This document shows, one piece after another, positions 37,372-48,016 of a stretch of DNA of 64,000 nt (within the stretch, counting starts at the first letter, position 1; each line of letters starts with the position of its first letter). The stretch lies in contig CAZCMD010000002.1 in assembly GCA_964499695.1 (NCBI GenBank), forward strand, positions 5,423 to 69,422, written 5' to 3'. A program made the position numbers and the translations under genes. This DNA comes from an uncultured Desulfatiglans sp. (GTDB lineage Bacteria; Desulfobacterota; DSM-4660; Desulfatiglandales; HGW-15). Below the pieces are notes generated by a model, which did not search any database, was not told the origin of the DNA, and was given only the letters and a program-made list of their open reading frames with translations.

Positions 37372-40300
37372 AACTTACAAAATATGCGGTAACACGTCCA
37401 TTGGCAACCAGTGCAATATTACTTGCATTGACTGTCCTTGGCCTCTACGGGTTATGGCGGCTGCCTGTGGATTTTCTCCCCAGCATAACCTATCCAATGA
37501 TCAAGGTGCATATCTGGTGGAGGGGCGCAACACCGGAAGAGATAGATAAAAACATTGCTGACCCTGTTGAGCGGCAGATGGCCACTGTTGATGATCTGGA
37601 TTATCTTGAGTCTTCATCAATAGAGGGCATGTATACGCTTCAGGCAAACTTCAAATATGGTGTGAATGTTGATGTAGCCTACCAGGATGCAATGGCTGCA
37701 ATGGCCCGTGTGGCAAGGGAACTCCCTAAAGAGATGGACCCGCCTGTAATAATAAAGTCTGACCCATCGCAACTACCGGTTGTCCAATTGACAATAAGCG
37801 GCGATAAATGGGACCTTGTACAATTACGCACATGGGTGGATGACTGGCTTCAGGATCAGTTGCTTGCGGTTCAGGGTGTGGCTGGAACAGAAGTTGTTGG
37901 AGGGCTCAAGCGTGAAATACGTGTTCATCTTAACCGTGACGCACTCGAAAAATTCGGTATTGGCCTCAATGATGTATTGAAACGGCTGAGGGAGGAAAAT
38001 ATTGAGCAGTTCGGCGGACGCATAACAGTCGGCACCAAAGAGATCATAGCCCGTACCATGGGAGAATACAAATCTCTTGATGAAATAAGGAATGTCCTCG
38101 TATCAAGAAAAGGGGACTCAAAGATATATGTAAGGGACGTGGCAGAGGTCCTGGATTCCAATGAGGAGGTGCGTGTTATTACCCGCCTTGATGGTAACGC
38201 ATGTGTCAAGCTGAGCGTGCTGAAACAGTCCAGTGCAAATACTGTAGAGGTGGCAGAGGCGGTAAACAGGAGGATAAAGGAACTAAGGCCGGAATTACCT
38301 GAAGGGTTAACCCTGGGAATGGTGGAAAATCAGGCAGATTATATCGGAGCGGCTATTGACGGGGTCCGCAATGCCGCGTTTGAAGCTGCACTGCTGGTAA
38401 TTTTAATAGTCTGGCTTTTCCTTGGCTCATTCAGGCAGGTGCTTGTGATAACGGCCGCATTGCCGTTAACCCTGCTTTTAAATTTCGGGCTCATGAAACT
38501 TGGTGGTTTCTCTCTGAACATCTTCTCTCTTGGCGGCCTGGTTATTGCTATCGGTGTTCTGGTGGATAACTCCATAGTTGTAATCGAGACAATCACACGT
38601 AAAAGGCATGAAAACCCGGATGAACCGATCAGTGCGGTGGTGACAGGTTCCACATCTGAGGTAGGCCCCGCAATAGTAGCTGCCACACTTTCATTTCTGG
38701 CCCTGTTTCTTCCATTTTTACTTGTGCCGGGGCTTGTCAGTCTGCTTTTCAGGGAACTGATTCTTGTAATCGCGGGTATCGTCATTGTAAGCCTTATAAT
38801 GGCTGTTACTGTAACTCCGATGATTTCATCAATACTTATCGGAAAACATCGTAAGCAAAGGCTTTCACGTTTTGAACTTGCCTTTGACCGGATAACCGGT
38901 GCATATGGGCGTATCCTGGAAACAGCCATCAAAGGGCGATGGATCGTTGCTGCTATATTTTTTATTATCTTAGTCCCAGGGATAATGGTTATAGGCCGTA
39001 TCGGAAGCGAGTTTCTGCCTCAGATGGATGACGGCCGCATCATGGTTAAGGTAAAACTTCCGACCGGGGCATCACTGGCTGAGACCAACAGCGTCCTCTC
39101 ACAGCTTGAAAAGGCAATCGGCAAAGATGATCGTATTGAAAGCATCTTCACTCTCTCTGGCGGAAAGGTATGGGGACTCTATACATATGAAATAGCAAAT
39201 GAAGGGGAGCTTAACATACAGCTTGTCCCGAGGCATTCTCGAAATGTTTCGACCAGCGAATATATTGAGTACCTCAGGCCTGTTGCAGACAAAGTGCCCA
39301 TTGCAGGGGCAAAGGCTATGGTCTCACAGATGAAGCTGAAAGGCATTAGAAAGCTGGGTGACGCCGACATTGAGGTAAAAATTAAAGGCCAGGAAATCGG
39401 GCAGTTATATGCCATTGCCGGAGAGATGGCTGCTGTTATGAACAGGCTGAAACACTTCACCAATGTTTATGTATCCATGGATATGACCAAACCGGAATAT
39501 CAGGTGGTTGTGGACAGGGTCAGGGCAGCGGAACTTGGCATACAGGTTTCGGATGTAGCAGAGTCTCTGCGTACCCTTGTTTCGGGTAGTGTGGCAACAC
39601 GTTTCAGGGATGGTGATGAGTATTACAATATCCGGGTTATGATTCCTGAAAAAGATATTGTCTCCAGGTCTGACCTTGAAAATTTGCCATTAAAATCCTT
39701 ACATAGCGGATATTTACGCGTTAAGGATGTGGCAAGGGTGCTTAAAGCAGCAGGGCCAGTTGAAATTGTGCGTGAAGATCAGATCAAACAGGTCATTGTC
39801 CGGGGTGATGCATCCGGCGTCAATGTCGGACAGGCGCTGGAAGAACTTAAGAGGTCAATGGCTAATATAAGTATACCGGTCGGTTATGACCTGACATACG
39901 GCGGGCAGGCGCAGATGATGGACGAAATGAAACAGAACGTTCTTTCTGTCCTTGTATTTGCGGTCTTCTTCTCCTTTATTGTCCTTGCTGTCCAGTTCAA
40001 TAGTATCAGGCTTCCAGCTCTTATTCTGGGAAGTGTCCCATTTTGTCTGGCGGGTCTTGTCTTTATCATGCTTTCAACCGGTTTGCCATTTGGAGCCACG
40101 GTGATTATAGGCGTTCTTGTTATTATAGCAGCGGTTGTAAACGATGGAGTTCTTTTGCTTAGCTTTGCCAATGAGATGCAGTCACAGGAAAAAATAACAC
40201 CGGCAGAAGCAGTAGTAAGGGCGGCAAAGATACGTCTTAGGCCAAGGGTAATGACAACAATAAGCGTTATTGTTGGTTTCATTCCGCTTGCGCTTGCCAT

Positions 40301-40460
40301 TGAAGAGGGAGGGGACATGCTCCAACCCATGGCAGTTGCCGCTATCGGGGGGTTAATCATGGAAATGCTTGAGGCCTTGTTTTTAATGCCATGCATGTAT
40401 GTCATGGCATCGGGAAAAATTAAAAAAGGAGAGTTTGATAATGCCGCAAATCAAAATTAA
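37368..40460 (+). CDS. RND efflux transporter permease (AcrB/HAE-like)
   Basis: 1030 aa with 12-TM architecture. TM4 motif …AIGVLVDNSIVVIE…. Confidence 0.9.
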   Translation: MKLTKYAVTRPLATSAILLALTVLGLYGLWRLPVDFLPSITYPMIKVHIWWRGATPEEIDKNIADPVERQMATVDDLDYLESSSIEGMYTLQANFKYGVNVDVAYQDAMAAMARVARELPKEMDPPVIIKSDPSQLPVVQLTISGDKWDLVQLRTWVDDWLQDQLLAVQGVAGTEVVGGLKREIRVHLNRDALEKFGIGLNDVLKRLREENIEQFGGRITVGTKEIIARTMGEYKSLDEIRNVLVSRKGDSKIYVRDVAEVLDSNEEVRVITRLDGNACVKLSVLKQSSANTVEVAEAVNRRIKELRPELPEGLTLGMVENQADYIGAAIDGVRNAAFEAALLVILIVWLFLGSFRQVLVITAALPLTLLLNFGLMKLGGFSLNIFSLGGLVIAIGVLVDNSIVVIETITRKRHENPDEPISAVVTGSTSEVGPAIVAATLSFLALFLPFLLVPGLVSLLFRELILVIAGIVIVSLIMAVTVTPMISSILIGKHRKQRLSRFELAFDRITGAYGRILETAIKGRWIVAAIFFIILVPGIMVIGRIGSEFLPQMDDGRIMVKVKLPTGASLAETNSVLSQLEKAIGKDDRIESIFTLSGGKVWGLYTYEIANEGELNIQLVPRHSRNVSTSEYIEYLRPVADKVPIAGAKAMVSQMKLKGIRKLGDADIEVKIKGQEIGQLYAIAGEMAAVMNRLKHFTNVYVSMDMTKPEYQVVVDRVRAAELGIQVSDVAESLRTLVSGSVATRFRDGDEYYNIRVMIPEKDIVSRSDLENLPLKSLHSGYLRVKDVARVLKAAGPVEIVREDQIKQVIVRGDASGVNVGQALEELKRSMANISIPVGYDLTYGGQAQMMDEMKQNVLSVLVFAVFFSFIVLAVQFNSIRLPALILGSVPFCLAGLVFIMLSTGLPFGATVIIGVLVIIAAVVNDGVLLLSFANEMQSQEKITPAEAVVRAAKIRLRPRVMTTISVIVGFIPLALAIEEGGDMLQPMAVAAIGGLIMEMLEALFLMPCMYVMASGKIKKGEFDNAANQN

Positions 40461-40935
40461 AACCATTGTGAAAGGGAATAGAATTATTAAGGCGTTTAAC
40501 AATAAAACAGGTTTAGCGCATAAAGGGCTGTTAATTAATTCCGCACTTTTAGCGGCTCTGCTTTGCTGCCTTTTATTTATCACTTCCTGCGGAGACAGCT
40601 CCAAAGGGGAAATCCAGAATTCTTCGCCTATAAAGGCCGGTCAAAAACTTCCCAGGCTTCTTGACCTGGGTTCCGGCACCTGTATTCCATGCAAGATGAT
40701 GGCTCCTATCCTTGATGAGCTTTCAGCAAAATATAAAGGTGTTTTTGATGTTGAATTTATTGATGTAAGGGATGAACAAAGCAGGCCCCTTATTGATTTA
40801 TATAGAATAAGGGCAATCCCAACCCAGATATTTCTGGATTCCAATGGAAAGAAACTGTGGAGGCATGAAGGTTTTATTTCAAAGGATGATATCCTTAACA
40901 AATGGAAAGAGCTTGGATACTCATTCAAAATATAA
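40441..40935 (+). CDS. Thioredoxin-fold lipoprotein (CxxC = CIPC)
   Basis: ATG at 40441 (AAGGAG upstream) overlaps the RND gene end. Lipobox FITSCG. …GSGTCIPCKMMAPILDEL… It is a paralogue of the 56383-56775 product. Confidence 0.7.
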   Translation: MPQIKIKTIVKGNRIIKAFNNKTGLAHKGLLINSALLAALLCCLLFITSCGDSSKGEIQNSSPIKAGQKLPRLLDLGSGTCIPCKMMAPILDELSAKYKGVFDVEFIDVRDEQSRPLIDLYRIRAIPTQIFLDSNGKKLWRHEGFISKDDILNKWKELGYSFKI

Positions 40936-40953
40936 AGATGCATCTAAATTCAT

Positions 40954-41742
40954 ATGATTAATTTCCCGGACATCAGCCCATATATTTTAAAAATCGGCCC
41001 CTTCCAGTTGAGATGGTACGGCCTTATGTACCTGCTTGGGTTTCTGGCTGCATATTTCCTGATAAAATATCAGGAGAAAAAGAGGCCTGTTGGCCTGACT
41101 ACTCCCTTGATTCATGACCTCCTGTTTTATCTCATACTGGGGCTAATGGCAGGTGCAAGACTCGGATATATCCTTTTTTACCAACACATGAATTTAATGG
41201 ATTATGTTTTAAATCCTGTTGAGATCATAGCGGTCTGGCATGGAGGCATGTCCTTTCATGGCGGGCTTTTGGGCACAATTGCTGCCGGATTGCTGTTTGC
41301 GAATAAAAACAGATTCTCATTCTGGAAAATAGCTGACCGGGTAATTCTTGCAGCGCCTATCGGCCTTGGTCTAGGCAGGATCGGAAATTTCATAAATGGA
41401 GAACTCTATGGCCGCGTTTCAGATCTGCCATGGGCTATGGTATTCCCGGATGGAGGCCCTCTGGCCAGGCACCCATCTCAACTATATGAAGCATTTTTCG
41501 AAGGACTTGTATTGTTTCTGATACTGTTCTGGTTAAGCATGAAGAAAATACCGGGAGGTTTTCTTCTGGGCGTATTTTTTCTAGGATATGGGATGTTTCG
41601 TTTTTGTATAGAATTTTTCAGAGAACCGGACGAACAGATAGGCTTTATCCTGGAGCATTTATCAATGGGGCAGATACTTTGTATTGTTATGGTTGTTCTT
41701 GGAATCTTTATCTTATTATTAAAAACAGGAAAAAGAAAATAA
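40954..41742 (+). CDS. lgt: Prolipoprotein diacylglyceryl transferase
   Basis: …LRWYGLMYLLGF…HGGLLG…GRIGNFINGELYGR…HPSQLYEA…. Confidence 0.9.
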   Translation: MINFPDISPYILKIGPFQLRWYGLMYLLGFLAAYFLIKYQEKKRPVGLTTPLIHDLLFYLILGLMAGARLGYILFYQHMNLMDYVLNPVEIIAVWHGGMSFHGGLLGTIAAGLLFANKNRFSFWKIADRVILAAPIGLGLGRIGNFINGELYGRVSDLPWAMVFPDGGPLARHPSQLYEAFFEGLVLFLILFWLSMKKIPGGFLLGVFFLGYGMFRFCIEFFREPDEQIGFILEHLSMGQILCIVMVVLGIFILLLKTGKRK

Positions 41743-41958
41743 GATGAGATTGCAGTTTAATTTTTTTTTTAAATAAGCCACAGGAATTCACAGAGGTTTG
41801 TATAAATCCCCTGCTTTAATATCACCTCTTGTGTGTGTCGAAAACCTTTTAAAGGAAAGCGCCATTTTATCGAGCTTTTAAATTTACACAAAATGTTTTA
41901 TACTATTTCATTTCATGGTAGGTATCGATTTACTTAATGGTCAGGAAGGAAGGATATA

Positions 41959-43242
41959 ATGTTGTCCAGATTATTTCCGCTAGATATCAAACTGAGAAGC
42001 TACATTCCATATTCAACATTTGAAAGAATACCTCTAAAAATCCCAATATACCTGATTATCTTCTTTAACATTCTTGGGAGCTTCTCGTTTCAGAGCTGCT
42101 CTTCAGAAGGAAGCAAGAATGAGTATAAAACAATTCGAGCTGCTAAGCAAACCTTCTCCCTTACAGTTACCGCCCTTGGTACAGTTAAACCTCAGGTAGG
42201 CGCGGAGGTGCGCCTTGGCTCTCGCATATCCGGTAAAGTCGAGCACCTTCGTGCCAATGTAGGCAATTTTGTAGAGAAAGGACAGATCATTGCAGAGATT
42301 GAAAAAGATGAATTAAAGGCGACTGTCGAAAAGCAGCAGGCTTTGCTGAGCATTGCCGAAATCAATCTTACAACAAGGACAACACTAGGCCCTGTAGTAA
42401 TAGAGAAGGCCGAAGCCGATTTAAATCAATTCAGGTCGATCTATGAACTGAAAGCTATAGAATATGAAAGGGAAAAGATCCTTTTTGATGAAAATTACAC
42501 ATCCAAGCAGGTTTTCGACCAGTCAAGTGAGGCCCTCTTAGTGGCTAAGGCTCAGTTTGAGGCTAGTTCCAAAACGCTGGAGTTGGCAAGAAATACGCTC
42601 AATGAAGATTTAAAATTACTAAACGCTGAGGTTGAAAGTGCTCGGGCTTCTGTGAAAATCTCTGAGGCGGCATTGTTGTACGCAACCTTGCGTGCCCCTA
42701 TTTCAGGAATTATTGCCTCTGTCTCAACGCAAGAAGGTGAAACTGTAGCCGCAGGTTTAAACGCACCCACATTTGTGACAATTATTGATCTTGATCGACT
42801 TCATGTTGAGGCGTATATAGATGAGATCGATATCGGCAAGATCAAGATTGGCCAGAAGGCCTCATTTACGGTTGAGGCTTTTCCTTCAATTGACATAGAG
42901 GGAGAGGTTGTTGGGATATATCCAGAGGCAATTCTCAAAGAAAATGTTGTTTTCTACAATGTTATGATTAAGAGCATGAAATCTTCTTCAGTTGATCTCC
43001 GGCCGGAAATGACTGCTAATGTTTCAATATTCCTCGAATCTCGCGAGGATGTTCTTGTAATAACAGCGAGTTCCGTTAAAAAATCGGGGGGTGTCAACTT
43101 TGTATATTTAATGGAGAATGGAAAACCGATAAGACGTGAGGTGAAAATTGGCTGGAAACAGGGTCGCTTCCTGGAAATAACAGAGGGTCTTAATGAAGGG
43201 GATGAGGTGCTTGAAGATCAAAGCGCCTTTGAAGGAGGATAA
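41959..43242 (+). CDS. MacA/HlyD-family periplasmic adaptor
   Basis: Lipoyl, coiled-coil and barrel pattern (…LGSRISGKVEHL…LRAPISGIIASV…). Possible lipobox SFQSCS. Confidence 0.8.
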   Translation: MLSRLFPLDIKLRSYIPYSTFERIPLKIPIYLIIFFNILGSFSFQSCSSEGSKNEYKTIRAAKQTFSLTVTALGTVKPQVGAEVRLGSRISGKVEHLRANVGNFVEKGQIIAEIEKDELKATVEKQQALLSIAEINLTTRTTLGPVVIEKAEADLNQFRSIYELKAIEYEREKILFDENYTSKQVFDQSSEALLVAKAQFEASSKTLELARNTLNEDLKLLNAEVESARASVKISEAALLYATLRAPISGIIASVSTQEGETVAAGLNAPTFVTIIDLDRLHVEAYIDEIDIGKIKIGQKASFTVEAFPSIDIEGEVVGIYPEAILKENVVFYNVMIKSMKSSSVDLRPEMTANVSIFLESREDVLVITASSVKKSGGVNFVYLMENGKPIRREVKIGWKQGRFLEITEGLNEGDEVLEDQSAFEGG

Positions 43243-43244
43243 TA

Positions 43245-44465
43245 ATGACCCGAATAATACGAATTACCAGAGAATCATTTCGGATGGTGAGAAACAACAG
43301 GGTCCGGGGATTCATTATGATCCTGGGCATAGCAGTTGGAGTTGCTTCCCTCACAATGACGATCTGTGTGAGTCAGGGTGTGTATGAAAAAGTAATGGAC
43401 ACTGTCAACAAGCAGGGGCTGGATCTGATACAGATACGGCCTGGTTCGGACAAATTTACCGGGGCTCCTTCGGGCAGCAGGGATGTTGTATCACTAGTCG
43501 AGGAGGATGTCGATGTTATCCGCCAACACGTTGGAAATATTGTAGCTATCTCGCCCGTAAAAGACCGCAAGGAAATTGAGGTAAAATATGGAGATAAGTT
43601 CACCTTCACCAGGGTATTCGGTGTTACTCCGATATGGGCGCAGATCCGTGATTTTGACGCAAATAAAGGAAGCTTCATATCCGAGGAAGACATGTCTTTT
43701 TCTGCAAGGGTATGCCTCATCGGACAGATTGTAAAAAAGACCCTGTTCGGCGATGCTGATTCAATCGGTCAAACAATCAAAATCATGGATGTCCCGTTCA
43801 CTGTCAAGGGAGAACTAGAGACAAAAGGAACAGGCGCTGAAGGGAGGGATCGGGACGACCGTATCATCATCCCAATTACTACTTACACAAACAGACTCTT
43901 CAGAGATATTCCTCTGACACAGATAGTTGTTACCGTGAAGGATACCGACAAACTCAACAAGACTGTCAAAGATATAAGCGCCGTGCTTCGCGAACGCCAT
44001 AAGATCTCCCCCGGTGAATCGGATGATTTTGCCATGAGAACTCCCCAGGACCTTATCGACATGACCTATGGCGCCTCTCGATCCTTGTTACATGTGCTGA
44101 TGGTAATCGCCGGAATAACTTTACTGATCGCTGGCATTATGATTATGAACATAATGCTTGCATCTGTTTCCGCGAGAAGGAGTGAAATAGGAGTTCGCAG
44201 GGCGCTTGGTGCGCGGAAGAATGATATACTCCGCCAATTTATAATAGAGTCTCTCCTCATCTCATTAATGGGGGGCATATTAGGAACTATCCTGGGATAC
44301 AGCGGTTCTATTATACTTTCGAGCATGAACGTAGCTGCAAGCAATCTTACACCCCTGGCTTTTGCAGCCGCCATTGTATCATGCAGTCTCATTGCGGTTA
44401 TTTTCGGAATATACCCTGCAAGGAAGGCGGCAAACCTTAATCCTGTCGACATTTTGAGAGGTTAG
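43245..44465 (+). CDS. ABC transporter permease, MacB/FtsX type (1 of 2)
   Basis: MacB_PCD-like periplasmic domain and a C-terminal FtsX 3-TM module (…GVRRALGARKNDILRQF…). Confidence 0.85.
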   Translation: MTRIIRITRESFRMVRNNRVRGFIMILGIAVGVASLTMTICVSQGVYEKVMDTVNKQGLDLIQIRPGSDKFTGAPSGSRDVVSLVEEDVDVIRQHVGNIVAISPVKDRKEIEVKYGDKFTFTRVFGVTPIWAQIRDFDANKGSFISEEDMSFSARVCLIGQIVKKTLFGDADSIGQTIKIMDVPFTVKGELETKGTGAEGRDRDDRIIIPITTYTNRLFRDIPLTQIVVTVKDTDKLNKTVKDISAVLRERHKISPGESDDFAMRTPQDLIDMTYGASRSLLHVLMVIAGITLLIAGIMIMNIMLASVSARRSEIGVRRALGARKNDILRQFIIESLLISLMGGILGTILGYSGSIILSSMNVAASNLTPLAFAAAIVSCSLIAVIFGIYPARKAANLNPVDILRG

Positions 44466-44486
44466 TGAGAAAGTGAGGGACGAAGC

Positions 44487-45149
44487 ATGATCAATATAAA
44501 AGACATTGAGAAAACCTATATAAAGACTTCTGTCGAAACCCATGTACTGCGCGGTGTAACCTTTTCTATTCAGCGCGGGGAATATGTGGCAATCATGGGA
44601 GCATCAGGTTCCGGCAAATCCACACTTATGAACATTATCGGTTGCCTCGATAAGCCTACGAATGGCCAGTTTGAACTGGACAACATTAATGTATTACAAC
44701 TGGACGATGATGCCCTTTCCGCGCTGAGGAACAAAAAGTTCGGGTTTGTATTCCAGCAGTTTTTTCTTTTGGAACGAACCACTGTGCTTGATAACGTTCT
44801 CTTACCGCTTATCTACACAGACAAATACCCTACTGATGCGATGCAACACGCTATGAAACTTCTGGCCAAAGTTGGACTGGAAGACAGGATGCAATATTAT
44901 GCCAATGAATTGTCTGGGGGGCAACAACAAAGGGTAGCTATCGCTAGATCCCTGATCAATGATCCTGATATAATTCTGGCTGATGAGCCAACCGGCAATC
45001 TTGATTCGGAGAACGCGGCCGAAATCGTGGAAATTTTCAGTCGTCTTCATAAAGAGGGACGAACTATCATCGTTGTGACGCATGATCGGGCGGTAGCTGA
45101 GCATGCGCAACGAATACTGGAACTCAAAGATGGACAGCTAAAGGGATAA
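44487..45149 (+). CDS. ABC transporter ATP-binding protein (MacB/LolD type)
   Basis: Walker [10 protein letters not shown], signature [13 protein letters not shown], Walker [12 protein letters not shown]. Confidence 0.9.
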   Translation: MINIKDIEKTYIKTSVETHVLRGVTFSIQRGEYVAIMGASGSGKSTLMNIIGCLDKPTNGQFELDNINVLQLDDDALSALRNKKFGFVFQQFFLLERTTVLDNVLLPLIYTDKYPTDAMQHAMKLLAKVGLEDRMQYYANELSGGQQQRVAIARSLINDPDIILADEPTGNLDSENAAEIVEIFSRLHKEGRTIIVVTHDRAVAEHAQRILELKDGQLKG

Positions 45150-45204
45150 AGCACATTATCTGTGATTTTTTTGAGTTTCTTTGTAAGATAAACTCAATAG
45201 CAGA

Positions 45205-46443
45205 TTGTCAATCCCGGAGATTTTCTTGAAAATATCAAAAAACATCACCTTATCATGTAAGCTCCTTGCCGTTCATAAATTACGCACTGCCCTGTGTATG
45301 TCAAGCATGACCATAGGGGTCGCGGCCGTAATAGTTATGGTGTCCATGGGACGAGGTGCACAAAAACACGTGCTTGATATGATCCGCGATATGGGCACTA
45401 ACTTGATTGTAGTGAATGCAGGACATGTTACCCTTGTTGGTGGTCGGGAGACCCAGACAGCGATCGTTACTTCATTGCAAATCACGGATGCTGATGCCAT
45501 AAAGTCTCAGTGTGCATCTGTTGTCGATGCGGCTCCAGAGACCAGCAGCAAAATGAGTGTACAGTGGGAATCGGAAAATCTAAAAACAGAGATTGTTGGA
45601 GCTACTCCATCTGCTTTTCGGATACGCAATATAGAGATAGCAAAAGGTCGTGCATTCGATGAGGTAGATAATGATACAGCCCAGAGAGTCGCAATCATCG
45701 GTGAAGTGATCGTTGAAAAAATATTCCATGGCGAAAATTCTATTGGATATCTAATACGAATCGGCGGCGCGCTCTTCGAAGTTGTGGGAGTTATGAAAGC
45801 AAAAGGGATAGATGCCAATGGAGTGGATCGGGATGATAGAATTCTCATCCCGTTAAATACTGCGATGCATCGGCTTATACGCACTACCTTCATACAAAGG
45901 ATACACATCCAGGTCACAGATTCTACGCAATTGAAAAGTGCCGAGACCGAAATAAGAGAGTTGTTGCGTGAGAGGCACAGACTGCGTGACAAACCTGATG
46001 ACTTCACTATTCAGAACCAGGCAACCCTGATAGAGTCAGAGAGAGAATCCTCTCGCGTCTTGTCTCTTTTAGTTGCAAGTGTTGCCGCAATATCGCTTCT
46101 TGTTGGTGGTATTGGGATTCTTGCGGTCATGCTTACAGTAGGCCGGGAGAGAAGGCAAGAAATTGGATTACGCCGAGCCATTGGCGCCCGTCGACGTGAC
46201 ATTCGAACCCAGTTCCTGCTGGAATCTCTCATTATTGCCGGACTGGGCGGATTTTTTGGAGCTTTCTTCGGAATGCTCTCGACCTTTCTCGCCTCGAAGA
46301 TTGGTAATTTGCCTGCGGTTCAATCATGGGACGCAATGGGTGCGGGATTGACTCTTTCATTTATTATTGGGCTGATTTTTGGAATTTATCCTGCTTCCAA
46401 GGCTGCGACATTAGAGCCTATCGAGGCACTAAGAGCCGAATGA
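45205..46443 (+). CDS. ABC transporter permease, MacB/FtsX type (2 of 2)
   Basis: TTG start. Same architecture as 43245-44465 (…GLRRAIGARRRDIRTQF…). Confidence 0.85.
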   Translation: MSIPEIFLKISKNITLSCKLLAVHKLRTALCMSSMTIGVAAVIVMVSMGRGAQKHVLDMIRDMGTNLIVVNAGHVTLVGGRETQTAIVTSLQITDADAIKSQCASVVDAAPETSSKMSVQWESENLKTEIVGATPSAFRIRNIEIAKGRAFDEVDNDTAQRVAIIGEVIVEKIFHGENSIGYLIRIGGALFEVVGVMKAKGIDANGVDRDDRILIPLNTAMHRLIRTTFIQRIHIQVTDSTQLKSAETEIRELLRERHRLRDKPDDFTIQNQATLIESERESSRVLSLLVASVAAISLLVGGIGILAVMLTVGRERRQEIGLRRAIGARRRDIRTQFLLESLIIAGLGGFFGAFFGMLSTFLASKIGNLPAVQSWDAMGAGLTLSFIIGLIFGIYPASKAATLEPIEALRAE

Positions 46444-46858
46444 GAACTAATACTAGTCCTCCTGTTAAGAGAAAAATAAATATTTATAATATCAATTAGC
46501 TGGAGGGAACTAATTCCCAGGGCATATTTCCCCTATAGTCGAAATGTTTAAAAAATCAGCGAGTCTCTCGCGAAAGCAAATTCCCTACCTAATCGTTATA
46601 AATCGATAATATACCCGAAGGAAACGTGTCGGCTGGAAATGAACCGGTTACTATTGTCAGGTATTCATTAAACACACCATCCTTGAACGAGGTTTCTTAC
46701 CCATGAACCACCATGTATTATGCGATGACTGTCTGGAGACTTGCAACAAACCATTGAAATGTTATAGCATAACCAGTTATTTGGGCAACTGGACGAATGA
46801 TAATGCTATTTATTGGGATATGGTTTTGAAATATCCAGCTTAGGTTTCTTTAATTTTA

Positions 46859-47179
46859 TTATTTCCCCGGTTTATTCTTAAACCATCCCCTGTCTGAGTA
46901 ATATTTTATTACAGCTTCTCTGAGGGATTGAAATGGGTGATCCTGCATTGCAGAAACAGAGATATTTTGCCATTGATTTTCTGCTGTTTGATCAGAATGA
47001 AAATTTTGGCTTACCAAAAAATCATATGCCTGTTGAATCTCTTTGAATCTTTCTTCTGCCTCAGGATTGTCCGGATTTTTATCAGGATGATATTTCATGA
47101 CCAGTCGCCGGTATGCCTTTTTTATCTCCTTTTTTGTTGCGTTTGGAGATATTCCTAAATGTCTATATGGATCATTCAC
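46859..47179 (-). CDS. J-domain (DnaJ-like) protein, 106 aa
   Basis: …[53 protein letters not shown]… (HPD motif). Confidence 0.85.
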   Translation of the reverse strand: MNDPYRHLGISPNATKKEIKKAYRRLVMKYHPDKNPDNPEAEERFKEIQQAYDFLVSQNFHSDQTAENQWQNISVSAMQDHPFQSLREAVIKYYSDRGWFKNKPGK

Positions 47180-47204
47180 TATATTTATCCGACTTTCGTA
47201 TTAT

Positions 47205-47972
47205 TTAAAAAATCCCCAAAAGTTTTAATACTATCTGTACCCCGAAAAACCACATGATGCACGCGAAGGCCACCTTGACGAATCCTGGGTTTGCCCTCAC
47301 TGTAATCTGAGATCCGATGGCAGAACCGAGTATGCATGCCAAGGCAGTAGCCGCAAGAAACCGAAGATCAACCTTACCAAGGGTAAAATGACCAATGGTT
47401 CCGATCAAAGAGCTGACAGTCACGATAAGCGAGTTGGCTCCAGCCGCCTTCTGAGCCCCGTATTTCATGAAAATAACAAGGAATGGAAAGATTATCAATC
47501 CACCCCCCACTCCGATAAGGCTGGACAAAACTCCGACACCAAAAGAAAAAAACAGTATAAATATGATCATCCCTGCATTAAGGGCCTTCACTTGCCGGGC
47601 AACCTTATCCTTACCGGAAATGAACAGGAGAAGGCCAGCGGCAAAAAGGAATGCAGAAAATATCCCAAGCAGCAGGTTTTTGGGGGCTATGCTGGAGAGT
47701 AACGCCCCAATAAATGAGCCTATTATTGTGCCTGGAAGAAAGACGAGACAAAAACGAAAGTCCACCAGCTTGTTCCGCTGAAATACAATTGTTGCAGTCA
47801 ACGCGGTCAGTAGGTTCAAAAAAAGCGCAGTGGATATTGCGGGCCCGACTGCCATACCTAGCATTATTAGGACAGGCGTGTAAAGCGACCCTCCTCCTTT
47901 CCCGAACATTGAAAAGACACCTGAAATTACCAAAATAGTGATAAAGCTGACAATAACTGATGACAGATTCAT
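47205..47972 (-). CDS. TauE/SafE (TSUP, DUF81) family anion exporter
   Basis: 255 aa with 8 TM segments. …GKGGGSLYTPVLIML… and …GVGGGLIIFPFLV… repeats. Confidence 0.8.
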   Translation of the reverse strand: MNLSSVIVSFITILVISGVFSMFGKGGGSLYTPVLIMLGMAVGPAISTALFLNLLTALTATIVFQRNKLVDFRFCLVFLPGTIIGSFIGALLSSIAPKNLLLGIFSAFLFAAGLLLFISGKDKVARQVKALNAGMIIFILFFSFGVGVLSSLIGVGGGLIIFPFLVIFMKYGAQKAAGANSLIVTVSSLIGTIGHFTLGKVDLRFLAATALACILGSAIGSQITVRANPGFVKVAFACIMWFFGVQIVLKLLGIF

Positions 47973-48016
47973 GACAGTTTACCTTTCAATGTCATGCACA
48001 AAACGCGAGCAACAGA

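Noticed and set aside
41959-46443. The MacAB-like block as a GC-rich horizontally acquired island.
   Set aside because: Hand counts of a few 60-nt lines gave 50-60% GC inside the block. A line within the neighbouring lgt gene gave a similar value, while only the non-coding flanks were AT-rich. Without a proper sliding-window computation the contrast is not demonstrable.
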